Positions 25,508-40,000 of a stretch of DNA of 64,000 nucleotides are shown one piece after another. Both the position numbers and the translations under genes were made by a program. The notes under the pieces are model-generated. The model was given only the letters and a program-made list of their open reading frames with translations, ran no database searches and had not been told where the DNA came from. The stretch is taken from NCBI GenBank assembly GCA_964035545.1, contig OZ037765.1:34223504-34287503 (forward strand), given 5' to 3'. The stretch comes from Bugula neritina. Taxonomy: Eukaryota; Animalia; Bryozoa. Every line of letters starts with the position of its first letter. Position 1 is the first letter of the stretch.

Positions 25508-26339
25508 AAAGTTTTATAATGTGTAAAAAAGTTTAAAAAAGAAACTCCGGAGCATGCTATTTTCCTAATAATTAATTGAGTGTGTGGAAAGACACAGCAT
25601 TTTCATATGTATGTGTGTCTGTCAGAACTTCAGTTTAGCTCTGAATGTGTTGATGCTATGAAAAGCAATGATGTGAGATTGTACTAGTGCATGTTAGGTT
25701 CAGATTATTTAGTGCAGCAAATATATGGTATGAAATGTTATATAGTTCATATAGATTGGCTTACATGGCTTCTAGATGTTCCTATTAGGTTTTACTTTCA
25801 AGAAACTGTTTAACCTTTATTTACAGTAACCCAGGTAACAGTTGAGGTAGAGTGATTTAATAGACATATGCATGTAGAAGTAAACTTAGATGAACTAAGA
25901 TGAAGACTATATAAATATTTTCATAGATATAGATGTACAAGTAACTTGGAAAATAAGCCACAAACTCAAAAGTCGTTAATGAACTGCTTGAATTTTTTTA
26001 AAAATAAAATTCCCCCCAGCATGGTATATAGTCTGTATCTCTGCTATTCAAGTTTATTGTTATACTGAAAAGACTATACACTCTTTGTTATTAACTAAAT
26101 ACACTGAATATATTTAGATATCAAGGATTATATTACAAACAAGTTGAGCACAACCTGTGTAATGTTACCATTCATCACAACTACAAAACTCTCTACATAG
26201 TATATTCATCTATTCTTTATAACCACCACCTTCTCAGCTAACAAAGCTTTTCATTACAAGCTATTATACATCTATTTACATTTCTCCTAGTGGCTACTGT
26301 CTAAATTTTCATGTTGGCTGATTACTAACTAGAATTATT

Positions 26340-26652
26340 GACTGATACCAAAGAGTATACATAGCTTGAGTGGACATCATTATTCTACATGTGTCTAAAG
26401 CCAATATCAAAGAGCATAAATTTCAACAACCTATTACTTGCAGAGCAGCACTAACTAGCACACACTGTGATCAAGTAAAAAATTTATTTCTTGCAGCACT
26501 AACTAGCACACACTAAGAGGGAAGTCACTTATCCCTTCCTAGTCATAGTGAGAAGATAATCAAGTTAGTTTATGGAGGGTATTATGTAACATATGCAGAT
26601 GGTGAAGAGTATCTCAACTCACCTGCTGACTTCATTTTAATTCACTGTAAGT
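26340..26652 (+). promoter_or_regulatory. 5' module copy 4 (gene B proximal)
   Basis: Near-identical block; its upstream flank ~26125-26290 resembles ~690-845; donor at 26647. Confidence 0.5.
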
Positions 26653-27084
26653 GCAATTTATTTATTATATGAATGTAAGTGACTGAAAAGTTAGTTCACT
26701 TTTGTTGTAGTTGTGAGCAAACTACTAGAATTGTTGGTTATGAATGTATGTGTTGTAGTTGCTAGAAAATAGTGATATTTTGCTTCAAGTTTAAGAGAGA
26801 GAACTGAGCTTGTAATGGTAGCAGAATGAATATATTTAGATTCCTAATATAATACAACAAGCTATACACTAGTTTGCTAGTACTGAGTCTACTAGCCAGG
26901 TGTAGTGTGGGCGCTTGTGAGGGGGTGGGGGAGAACGGAGGGAGGCACAACAGTCCAAATTTTGAACTTTTTGCTCTCATTCGTCTGTTTTTCAAGTTAC
27001 TAGTTCAATAATCTCTAGTCTAAATGCTACACCAGTTGTTTATTATAGGTATCAGTTTGTTGTTTCTATCTCTTTCACAACCTT

Positions 27085-27628
27085 CAGAATAAAAAAAATT
27101 ATCATGACAAAAAAATGGCCCATTGTGCCCCAGTACGGTATACAATGGGCCACTGGGTGGAACACAAAAAATATATTGAAACTTTGCAGGTTTGAGCAAA
27201 CAAACTAATAACAGTGATCAGGGTGCAATGGTCAGGTGGCCCGTTGTGCCCCGGTGGCCAAGTTGAAAATAAATGTGGCTCAAAGAAAGTTTATTTTAGA
27301 ATTTGCTACGTTAGACCGGTTAAACAATATGGAGACAAGCAATGGCAACAATATCAGTAAAAGCTAGACTTATTACCTCTGAGTGTACAAAGTTATAACA
27401 ATGCTTTAATGACGTCTTAAAAATGTACAAAAAGTAGGTAAAAGCAGTTTTTGACTTGCCTCTTCAACATGTATGCTCTGCAAGTGTTGAAACTACAATG
27501 GCTGAATAATTATGTCATTACCTTTTTATTAAAAAAAAATCACAACTCTAAGTCAATAAGTTCTCTCACAATTTGACCTGCTTTTTGTACCCCTATGACC
27601 GTTGTGCCCCCCCCCACTCCGTTACCCC
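27085..27628. mobile_element. Partial inverted copy of the GGGGTAA element
   Basis: Ends ..GTTGTGCCCC..GTTACCCC|TA; reverse-complement similarity to 10447-10720 and shared internal motifs. Confidence 0.65.
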
Positions 27629-28057
27629 TAAGATAGTTGCTTGACTGGTGTATAGACATGGCTCCTGGGGTAGAGGGTCTAGATGGGGGGGGGTAGCATC
27701 TACGTGTCACGGTCATTACACTTTGACTTGTGTTAATTAACAGTAATGGGTGAAGTTATGCTGACAATGGACACACCTACAAAGTTTGCTAACTTCAAAA
27801 TGAAAAGAATTTAACCATTATTTAGTGTTATAAAATCTCTCAGTACATAATCTTACATGTGTTACTTGGTTTTACATCCTTTCTAGAGTATATTATATGA
27901 TATAACTATATGGCTGGTATACATGGTATCAGTGTAGATATGTTACAGAAATGTCAATAGCTAGCTTCAGTTTCTAGTATTCTACCATGTATATAGTTGT
28001 TACAGATGAGAATGAAGACTATTGAATACAACTAGAGCTGTAACCAGTGACTACAGA

Positions 28058-31000
28058 ATGGGTCAAAGTGAATCAAGTTAGTAAATCATATAAATACTAA
28101 GTAACCATGGTAACTACAGAACTTCTATATTTTACTTTTATGTGTTATGACATTTAAGAGAAGTAGCGGAGAAGTTGAGATAGCATAAGTTCTTTATTGT
28201 TCATAACAAATTATACGATGGATGTGCAGGTTTACATTCTCACGAGAACATAACTTCTCTCTTACATTTCATCACTACAGTTTCATAACTTTGCACCTAG
28301 ATCTGTAACTGAGTATTATATTGTTATAGTGTTTATATACTATAACTATCATACTATAACTATTATACTGACTTCTACCATATTATATTATATTATATTA
28401 TATTATATTATATTATTATTTATCAAGTGGTGAATATCTTGTAGCGAAGTACAGTGTGTGGTTCAACACATCCAGTATAGATGGAGCTGATGATGAGTGG
28501 ATGAGGAATAGTACTACATCCTACACTATAGGAGAGATCAAGAAGAAAAGTAGACATCATACAGTGACTCATGTTATACTGGAGCATGACATTCCTCCAA
28601 ATATCAACACACTGTTTCCTCATCTCACACATCTGAGGGTATATGTAGTAGAGAGTAATGCTAACTGGACCAGGTACTATATTGTTATGGTATAAAACTA
28701 TATTCATAGGAGAGATATTATCTTGTAGTAGAATGTGGAGTAATCTCCCCTCACACTAACACTAGCTTTAGTAACAACTGATGCATTATTTACCTTACTT
28801 ATTGTAGCTCTATTTATGTTTCAATTTAAAGCAAACCAATATGTGATGATTATATATAAGTGAATACTGTTATACCTTTTCGTTATGTTACAGCATATCT
28901 TCACTGAAGAATCTTCAGGTACTGCAGATATCAGATAGTAAGCTACCTGAAGGTCTACCTGACAATATATTCACATCCTTACTATCATTGAGAGAGTTGT
29001 ACATGAGTGGTTGTGGACTGTCAACTCTACCAAACAGGTGTGTATTATATTATAGTGTAGAATAATACTGTAATAAAAACAATATATAAATATATTATTG
29101 AATAATTGTGTAGAAGCTTCTAATCTTTTGTGATGTACATAAACTGACTTGTATCAACTAATTACATTATATAAATCATTATACATAATATATGTGATGT
29201 CATGTCTTTACTATTCTATTCTACCAGATGTACTCAGCAAGACATGGTGTGACAACTTGGAACTTTTTACTCTGATAAATATTGGTATATAAAGTTGCTA
29301 TAACATTATGAAAAGCTCATATAAGTGACCTCTTATGATACTGTTGAGTAGAATGTACAGTATATAGTTCAATTAACTTTCATAATTTTCTACCTGTACA
29401 CAGTTAGTTTAAGGTCACACTTTTCATTTTCTGGCTCTGTGCCAGGTGCTTTATGTTCTATATGAACAATGTTCCACTGATAGCTCGAACAGGTTGAATG
29501 TCACAGGAACAAAAAAAATATGAAAAGATAAAGAAATTTATGTTCTCCAATATACTTTTTTATTTTTTTCAAAAACCAATTCATGTTTAAGTTATAGCTT
29601 GTTGAAAAACATAGTCCCCCTTCCACATTCTTTTCAATTTATACGCTCCTGACTTGTTATTGCGTCTCAATATGCCTTGTATTTGAGTGCTAGTTAGTCT
29701 CGCTTCACTAACTTTGCCTATACTTCACAAGTGCCAGTGCTGCTGGCTCAAAAGCTAAATGTTATAAACTGTCAGCTAAAACCCAATCTTGTATTCCTAG
29801 GTTGGTTGGCCTAAATAAAACAATAGTCAAATCATGATTTCATGTTTTAAAAATTTACTCTATTCTAACCTGCTGCCTAGCTATAGTTCTATTTTTGATG
29901 TATAATTACAAAATTTGTGATACATTTTTTTGGCAACCATGTGATTTATAAAATGCAGTAATGGTACTTATAATATTATATTATTATCATTATAATATAT
30001 TATATAGTATTATGTGTGTTTTTATTATACTGCATAATATCTATTTTATTATTGTTGTTGTGCAAACAAGTGCAATTAACCTAGTTTTCAAAATGTACCT
30101 CTAAATTATCAGAATATCAGTTTAGATATGTTCATGCTTTGTAAGGTAAACCTAAAAAAAGAGGCTGTATTTCCAAAGTAAAGGGTGTTGAACTATGAAC
30201 TATATTAGATTAGCCACTCTGCTACCAAGTGCATCAGTATAATATTATATGAATAGCTCTGATACTTTGTCTCAGGTGGCTGGCTGGGAAATGATAACTT
30301 GGCCAACTTCCAAGAGTTTAAAATTGGCGCAATTATTCAAGAGGTTACATACTGCACAGAGCTAGCAGTGATAGTAACCTTGCTATTGACAGTACTTATT
30401 ACAACTGCCAGCATATAAGCTGCATTGTAGAATGCCGTTGGGGTAGGCTAGTAAAACCAAATTCTGCTCTCTAATATACCTTAGACACAATGCAGCAACA
30501 CAATTTTTAGTTTCAAATTACATTTGCCACCCTTACATGAGCTGTGGGCTTCATAAAGATTCATATGATTAGAGATTTATGCTATAGGCCCTATCTGTGC
30601 TAGTGTATGATGAAAATAACACACCATTGTCAAAGTTAACTTCAAGTATGTTGTTTTCCAGAAACTCAGTAATGTCCATTTATCTCTCGCATACAAATAC
30701 TTATGTAATACCATACAGTTTAAGTTTTATTTTAGAGCACATCTGCAAACTCTACAATAAGAGCTTGCTTTACCAGTCTATTTCAGACCTGTTTTTGTAG
30801 CTAGTAATACGCAAGCTACTTATTTTTAAACTTTTGGGTTATTTGTTCAAAACCATTAGCTTTGCTAGTAACCCGAGACTATTGCAACAGTTGACTGCTA
30901 TCAACATGAATTGACAGCCTAATAATTATAACCCTTTTATGTAATGATAGTTACTCATATAGTGCGCGTCTTATTAAGGATGACTGCGTGGTCTAGAGGT

Positions 31001-34000
31001 TAGAGGCGTCAGCGAGGAGTCAGTTGGTTATGGTTCAACCCTGTTTTGTCCCAATTTTTTTTGTCAACTTATGCAAATCCTACGCATGTATAATAAATAT
31101 GGCTATAATTGTAAAGTTTTTTTTAACTTTTGTTCAACAGTAAGACAACATACATGCATAATAATTAGATACTGAACACTGGACTAAACCTTAAATTGAT
31201 CTTATAGAATACAATGTACTTAAAATAATCATATGTGAATTAGAGAAACTGAAAGTACACCTGCTGCTCTATAGACAGACCTTTACTGACAAGACTGCAA
31301 AGTGAAGTGATTTAGCTGAAATTAACTCTGCCAAACAAACAAAGAATTATGTTGTGCTGAGGCATTTTCAATATATTATTGTAACATAGTGAGATGATTC
31401 AGCTAAGTGCTAATGTAAAACAGGGAACATTATATTGGCAGAAATCCAATAGACTGCCAATTTGTGCGAGAGGGTACTATATGTTATTGTGATAGCGCAG
31501 AGCGGCAAATGTACTAGGAATGTTATAATTAGTCACAGGAGCGTAGCTAGAACCACCATATGAAGAATTTAGAAAATTGCAGTGAAACTTGCAAAATGGT
31601 GTATGTTTTTACCAAATTGTGAAGAGCATAAACAGAATTTTAAAAAACAAAGAAAGTATATTAGAGAAAACATATCAAGGAATGTCAAGTTTAACTTTTA
31701 TACTTTATAAAATGAATCCCCTGTGCTACAGCAGTGGAACATGGAGGGTGTAAAATTTTACTTATTATGCAACAACTTTCTCAAAAAAAATTTTATTGAA
31801 AAATTAAAAAAGTATATGAAAGAGGAATGCAAGAGCTATCTTTTCATGTAAAATTTGTTAATGTGAGACAAAAACTGTTCGAGCTATCCCCTGGAAACCG
31901 TTTATATATAACATAAAGCAGTGCCTGAATCTGGAAAGTAATGACCTTAAACCAACTGTGTATGTTATGTTACAGCATATCTTCACTGGAGAATCTTGAG
32001 GTATTGGATATATCAGTGAATGACCTATCTGGAGTTCTACCTGACAATATATTCACATCCTTACTATCATTGAGAGAGTTGAACATGTGGAACTGTAAAC
32101 TACCAACTCTACCAAACAGGTGTGTATTATATTATACATTATGAAGTTATCTGCACTATCTTTATTGAGTCAACTAGACTCTGCGTGTATATTATACGTC
32201 ACAAGTCTATTATTGTATTCTATTCTATTAGATATACTCAGATAGAAATGGTATCACAACTTCTCACTTATTCCTCTAATACATTATTTTGCTGTGTAAC
32301 AGTTTATATTGGCACCAGGTATAAAATTTGTTATAGTATTAAATTATATCCATATAAGTTAGATACTCTCTTGTAGCTGAGTGTAATGTGAAGCTATTAT
32401 ACATTTCTCTTTCTCTTTGAAATAACCTGAGTCTTAGTAGCAACTGCTGTATTATTTATCTGACTCTTAGTGGTCAGATCAAGAGTTAAATAAAACTAAA
32501 TTATTCTTATTCAATAATAATACTTTTATATAGTAGGTCTACTTATTAGCTTTTCGTTATGTTACAGCATATCTTCACTGAAGAATCTTGAGGTATTGGA
32601 TATAGAAAGGAATAACCTATCTGAAGGTCTACCTGACAATATATTCACATCCTTACTATCATTGAGAAAGTTGAACATGAAGGACTGTAAACTCCCAACT
32701 CTACCAAACAGGTGTGTATTATATTATACATTATGAAGTTATCTGCACTATCTTTATTGAGTCAACTAGACTCTGTGTATATTATACGTCACAAGTCAAT
32801 AATTGTATTCTATTCTATTAGATGTACTCAGATAGAAATGGTATGACAACTTCTCACTTACTCCTCTAATAAATTATTTTGCTGTGCAACAGTTTATATT
32901 GGCACCAGGTATAAAATTTGTTATAGTATAAAATTGTATCCATATAAGTTAGATACTCTCTTTTAGCTGAGTGTAATGTGAAGCTATTATATATTTCTCT
33001 TTCTCTTTGAAATAACCCGAGTCTTAGTAGCAACTGCTGTATTATTTATCTGACTCTTAGTGGTCAGATCACGGTTTTTGTAAAATGCGTAAACGTAAAG
33101 GCGGAAAAAAGTGGCGGAAACGTGAACAGGAGAAAACAACTCAGAAAAACCTCTAACGACTACTTTTAAACATAAAATCCGGTTGCGTGAGCGTGGCCAT
33201 AAAATCAGGAAACATCCAAGCCGTCGGCGCACAAAGAGTTTAGTTACACAACTAGTTTTTATTATGGTGTTGACAATTACATTTTTACCTGCTAATAATT
33301 AACTTTTAAACTACAAAACCGAGCCCAATAATTGTGATTCTCGTAGTTGCATAGATACCAAAACCTTCGATGTTTTACTATTAACTAAATTTTAGTTGTT
33401 CAACTAACATTCGTACGACTTAAGTTATCTAGCCAGCATAATATTATTTTTTTTATCGAAATTCCTATTAAAATATCTCATTAAAAACTACAGCGAAAAT
33501 AAGTTAATATTTATCGTTGCATGTAATTGTTATAATAAAAAATGCTTATTATTGTTATCATGCTCATGAGTATTTTCAAACTTTAACTATAAAACGTAGA
33601 ACTATCGTTAGTATTTATAGTACAATGCTATTTCAAATAGTGTGACTCAATTAGTATAATTTCATCAAATAAATAATTTGATAAATAAACCAAGTTAAGA
33701 CTTATGGGTTAAATTGCAGAACTTTTTAGCTTTGTGCTTAAAGTGTCTTACTTCTACTACCTCAAACTTAGGCCTTGTGCTCAAAACTTTGATCGATAAC
33801 TCACTAGAAGTAAATGAATAGCCATGGCAGCAAAGTTGTTTTAAATTTTTTGTTCTTTAAAATAATATTGTAAAGATGTGAGTGAAATTGTACATACTAG
33901 TAACTTGTATGTATTACTGTACAGCATGATGTAATCAAAGAACACAATAACTTGAAGAACTATTTGATATTTATACAATAAAACATAAAATATGATGCAA

Positions 34001-37000
34001 TAATATAAGTAAAAGTGGGAGAAAAAAAAAAAATCAATTTTTTAGTTTTGTATAAAGATGTGTTCAAGGCACAGCAAATAAAAATTACAAAAACATATTT
34101 GCTGACGAAATGTCACCAAAATGCTGAACAACTGAAACTTCGTCATGGCTTATAACGCCTTGCATATAATTGCAAATATGCAACGGCTTATCAAATCTTT
34201 AATGCCCTAAACACCTAATATGAATGTATACATTTTGCAAAGTCTTGCTAACAGTTAAAATACCGCTAAATTAATCAATACGTTCTCAGTAGGTCTTCTT
34301 TGATGCTACAATACGATCAAGAGGAAATATGTAAATAATAATGGAACAATCAGCTGTCATTCTTTACTTTGAAAGTGACAATCGCAATCACAGTGGTGTG
34401 ACAGCTACATTGAAACCAAACCAATTTGTAAAAAGCAACTTGATTACATTGGAGTCTTGTGACGGAGCTGTCAACTCAGCAGTCAACTTCAAAGGACTTG
34501 CACATGCTAGCAAGCAAGTCCTATGAATTTGTAACAGTGAGCAGCGCAGGGAAATATTCCAAGGATTCTCTTCTTGAACACAAACAAAGCTGCCAAAACA
34601 AACAATCAACAAATTACAATTTTCTTCACAAGTGCAAAGCTAATGACAAAACACACAGCAAAAAATAAACAATATAGCTGATTATACAGCTGTACCTTTA
34701 TCACAGTTATTAGAACCAGAATGTCCGTAATACCTATTGCATTTATTCTTGAGCTAATTAAATCTTTGTTCCTGCAACAGCAATAAACTGCTCTTGTATT
34801 GTGCCTCTTTGTATACAAGTATTTGTTAAATACTTCTCACCCCACTCTTATCTGTTATATAAAGCAAATCCAGTACTTCCAAGTTTTTAGTTAACTTGAC
34901 TCCTGGTTCATCAAATCTTTTCAAAGTGATAGCTAAGACTTTTGGAAGCTTTGTAAACTGAGACAGTTGTACAGTTATATCTAGACTACTAGAGCTGGAA
35001 AATAGTAACATGAGTATTTATTCAGTAGTCAGAAATTCTCAAGAATATGGTCCAAAATATTATGTAAACATAAAATGCACAAAGTACCCTTCGAAAAAAT
35101 ATCTACCTAGTTTCTTGGAACTGAATTGATGCCCTGCAGTGTGACCTCACTCTGTAACAAATAAAATAGCCAATACAAAAACGTGATGCTATAGTGCCAA
35201 TAAAATAAATGTTCTATTTGTTGCCAAATCACCTCTAATAGAGGAACTGGTAATAAATTCATTGACTGAGCAAATGCTGTTTCAGCATTGCAGAAATGAC
35301 ATTTAGTCAACTATTCAACTTCTGACCAGAACAATTTTGTCCCATTGAAGAAAAGAGCATAAGTGTTTAGTGTACCTACTAACTGTCACTTTAGGAATTA
35401 TAAACTATACATAAGCAACAAATGTGTTCAAGCAATGTTAATGTTACCCAACCTATTGCATCGCATGTTATAAACTTCCATTAATACCTCTGCAACATCA
35501 TGCTGCTCATTATTCATGAAATCAGGTAAAACCTCTAAAAACAAAGTATGTATGTAAAAGAAGCCTTAATTGGTGGCTATTCTTGATTAAAATGTCAATT
35601 ATACATTTGGTTTTTGATAAGGGATTTGAAATTTATCGTTAGCCATGAAATTCAACCCTTGATCTGTGGAATTGCTACTGGCACAGTAACAAATGAAGCA
35701 TATATAACCAAAAAAAAACACTAAAGTGAGACCAAAAGACCAAAACAGTGATCTACTTCTCGATTACAGTATGAAAAAACATGACCATTTATTTCCTATA
35801 TAAATAGAACAAGTTACTTTAAATCTAGGTTTAAAGTCATATTAATCCCCTAAGAAAAAGATAAATTAAAATTTATGTACTCACAATTTACTTGTAGCGG
35901 TGGTGTGCGGCTTATAGTTTGAATACATGCATTTAAAAAGCATGTATTTCCAAAATTAGTTATACCTCTATAATCTGTAAAAATTATCAAAACAACAGGA
36001 CCATTACAATGAATGCTAAACAATGAATATTCTTGACTTCAAATTATATAATCAGAACAACAATCTGGCTTAAAAAAAACCTAGACTTTTTGGCTTATTT
36101 AATATGAAAAAGACTGTTACCCTCACAAGACAAATGTCAAATACACTATATCTGCACCACAAGACCAAAATGAATCTTAACAGGGTATACAATGGGTTTT
36201 AAGATAACATGTGACTGAGTGTTATAGCCAATTCATTAAACACATATATGTTTAAGTTCAACTGCATCAATGTGAAAGTTTGATGCACTTTTTCTCAACG
36301 ATTTGAATAAAACACTCAAGTAGTATAAGTATTACTATCCATCTTGTCTTAGACTTACTAATTATTAATCAATATACCATAAGTATAGTTATAAACTTAT
36401 TGTAATATTATGGTTGCGGATGAAGTGGATTATATTTTGTTAATGAACACGAGCAAGTATTGTATTTAACATGGCGATAACTTTATTCAAACTGCAGGTA
36501 ACCTTGACCTAATAAAAACGTAACATTATAGCGAGTACATTATAATACAACACCTCCCTTTCTCAAGACAATAATAAAAGATGGGGAGACTACACAAAAT
36601 TGTAATACAGCAGAAAACACACATTGGAAACATATTGATGATACACAGAGACATTTTAGTACACTAGTAAAAACAAACACAATGGTAATACAATATATAA
36701 TAAAATGAAAACAAACACAGCACATAGTCTATTTACAAATCCAAAATCTGTCTAGGTTTAATAGTTCTACCAAAACTAGATTTTCTAGCGACATTATTGT
36801 CATCAGACAACTCAGTAGTTTGTAATGGCACTAGGTTGGTAACATTGCGTCTGAGTGGGACACCATTAGTACTTTTAACAACAATCGATCGGGGCCTTCC
36901 AGGGGAAGTACTAACAACTTCAGCATCACGATTCAGATCACGAACATGAACTCTATCACCAGGACTTAACGATGGAGGGACCACAACTCGATGTCTCAAG

Positions 37001-40000
37001 TCAAATGTATCTTTGCTTTGGGCTCTAGCGTGAGCCTCTTTTTGCTTAACCCGTTCTACATTGGGCTGCTTTGGGGCCAACACTGATGGCAAAGAAGGCA
37101 CCGTAGTGCGCAGTTTCCGACCCATCAACAACTCAGCTGGAGAGACACCATTTTCCAACGGTGAAGACCTATAAGCCATCAACCCTAAATACGGATCTTG
37201 TCCTTTCTTCAAAATGTTTTTAACAGTCTGAACGGCTCGTTCAGCTGCACCATTTCCCTGAGGGTGTTTAGGAGAACTGGTAACATGGGTAAAACCAAAC
37301 TTTCGGGCAAAGGATTTAAATTCCTCTGAAGCATATTGCACACCATTATCAGAAATCAGGACCTCTGGGACACCATGTCGAGCAAATATGCTCTTCAAAT
37401 GGAGTATAACCTTAGAACTGGTGAGATCCTCTAACAACGCAACTTCGATAAAACGAGAATAGTAATCGACTACTAGCAAGAACCACTTACTGTCAAAATA
37501 AAACAAGTCACTGCCTAGTTTTTCCCAAGGACGACTAGGAAACTCAGAACGAAGGAGTGAATATTGCTGAACGTTTGACTCCTTTCTACAGGACTCACAT
37601 TTTTTAACCATCTCCGCAATTTGCTGGGACATATTGGGCCACCAGACTGACTGTGCAGCTCGAGACCTACATTTGGTGATGCCAAGGTGACCACTGTGAA
37701 TCTTGTCAAGCACGGCTAGACGTTCGGCATGGGGAATAACAATGCGACTGTCAAGAACTAAAACATCTTCAATGGTAGAGAGCCTAGACCTACATTCAAA
37801 ATAGGGGCGCAACAAAATTTCATGAGAAGGCAAATATGTGGGCCAACCAGACCTAACATATTGGAGAACACGAGATAAGACCTCATCATTCTCTTGTTGA
37901 ACTTTCAACTCTTTCAAACGAGGAGAAGTGGCAGTATTATGCAATGCTGACACAGCAAAAAGCTCTACTTCTTCCATAAACATAACATCAGCCTCACTGA
38001 TGGGACCTACAGAACGAGAAAGGGCATCTGCAATCACATTCTTCTTTCCAGAAATGTGTTCCATGTGATATTGGAACCTCATGAGACGCATTCTAAACCT
38101 CTGAATACGTGCAGGGTTCTTGTCAAGCTCAATATCATTCAAGAGGGGAACTAAAGGTTTGTGATCAGTTTTGATAACCACTCTAAGACCAACAATATAG
38201 TCCCTAAACTTTTCACAAGCCCAAACAACTGCTAAAGCTTCTTGCTCTATGGTAGCATACCTCTTCTCTGTCTCACTGAGCGCACGAGAAGCAGCACAGA
38301 CTAGGCGTAGCTCGCCATTGTCTTGATATTGAAACAGAGCAGCACCTATACTACATTGAGAAGCATCAGTGTGAATAACTGTTTCACGATGAGGACTATA
38401 GGGAGCGAGTTCAACACTACGTTGTAACTCTTTCTTGATGTCACAGAAGGCTTGTTTTTGAGCAACATCCCAAATCCAAGGAGTGTTTTTATGAAGAAGC
38501 TCACGTAAGGGAGCACTGAGTTCACCTAACCTGGTGGAGAACTTGCTAAGCTGATTAGCCATTCCAAGGAAACTACGCACATCCTTGACACAAGTTGGAG
38601 TGGCAAAACTTTCTATGCCCTGAATTGCTTCGGGATTAGCACGAATGCCAGAAGAGGATATGACATGACCAAGAAACCTGATACTGCTACGAGAGAACTT
38701 ACATTTTTCAACATTTAGAGTCATACCAGCGTCAACCATCCTACGCAAAACAGCACGAACACGACTATCATGTTCTTCTTGAGATTTACCCCAAATGCAA
38801 ACATCGTCCATGTGACAGACGACACCATCCAAACCTTCCAGAACCTGTGAAACAATTTTGCAGTACAATTCTGGACTAGAGGACAACCCAAAGGGTAGAC
38901 GATTAAAGGCAAACCTACCAAAAGGAGACAAGAATGTAGTCAACATTTTAGCTTTGGGGGAGAGAGGAATCTGATAGAAACCTGAGTTAGCATCGAGTAC
39001 TGTAAAAAAGTTACCATTGCCAAGCTTGGCGAGACTTGACTCAACATGAGCCATGGGGTGCACTTCTCTACGAACAACTTTGTTCAACTCAGTGTAATCA
39101 ACACAGATCCTCACCTTGCGATTAGCCTTGGGGACTACAACCATGGGAGCACACCAATCTGTGGGCTCACTGACTGGAGAAATTACTCCTTTAGCAACCA
39201 TATCACTCAACTCCTGCTTAACACTAGACAACAAGGGGTAGGGGACCGAACGAGGGGTGTTAATAGCAAATGGTTTACACTCAGAACGCAACTCTATACC
39301 TACGGTGTGATTCATTTTACCTAGACCACTGAAAAGTTTTGGGAATTCTCTACAAAATACAGAGTTGTCAGTAACATTAGTAACAGAGTCTATATCACAC
39401 TTACAAGAAATTAACCCTAGCTTAACACATGCATTTCGACTTAGCAAAGCTTTTGTTTGGTTTACAACATAAATAGTTTCGGTGTGAGTAATACTGCCTA
39501 CTGAAAGTTTAGCATTAAAACAGCCTACAACTGGTATCTTAGTGTTACCTGGGCCTAAAAACTGCTTCTTAGTCTTTACTAATGGCACATTGGAACATAG
39601 CCTTTGGGGAAGTATGGAGACATCTGCACCAGTATCGAGTTTGAACTGAACTGGAAAGTCAAGCTTGTCTACCACAATAGTCTTGGTCCACACTCCTACG
39701 TTACTCTCAGCTATCTCACCAAGAAATACGCTGTCCACTTCTTCTTCAACTTGCTGAACTTGACTGGCAGGCTTAGATTTACACATTTTTGCGTAGTGTC
39801 CGAGTTTACCACAGCGCTTACACTTACAATCTTTCGCAGGGCATGTACCTCTGGTGTGGTTTACATAACCACATCGGCCACATGGAGTAGAGTTATTAGT
39901 TTGCCTAGTGCTGTTACTCTTAGAGCTGTGCTTATGAGACTTGTTTGTGTGACTACCACTACTACTGAATTTGGAGACAGCATCTACCGAAGTACTACTA

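Noticed and set aside
30597-30800. 67-aa ORF conserved at 45727-45930
   Set aside because: Conservation reflects two recent copies of one transposon; GTG start and no recognisable domain.
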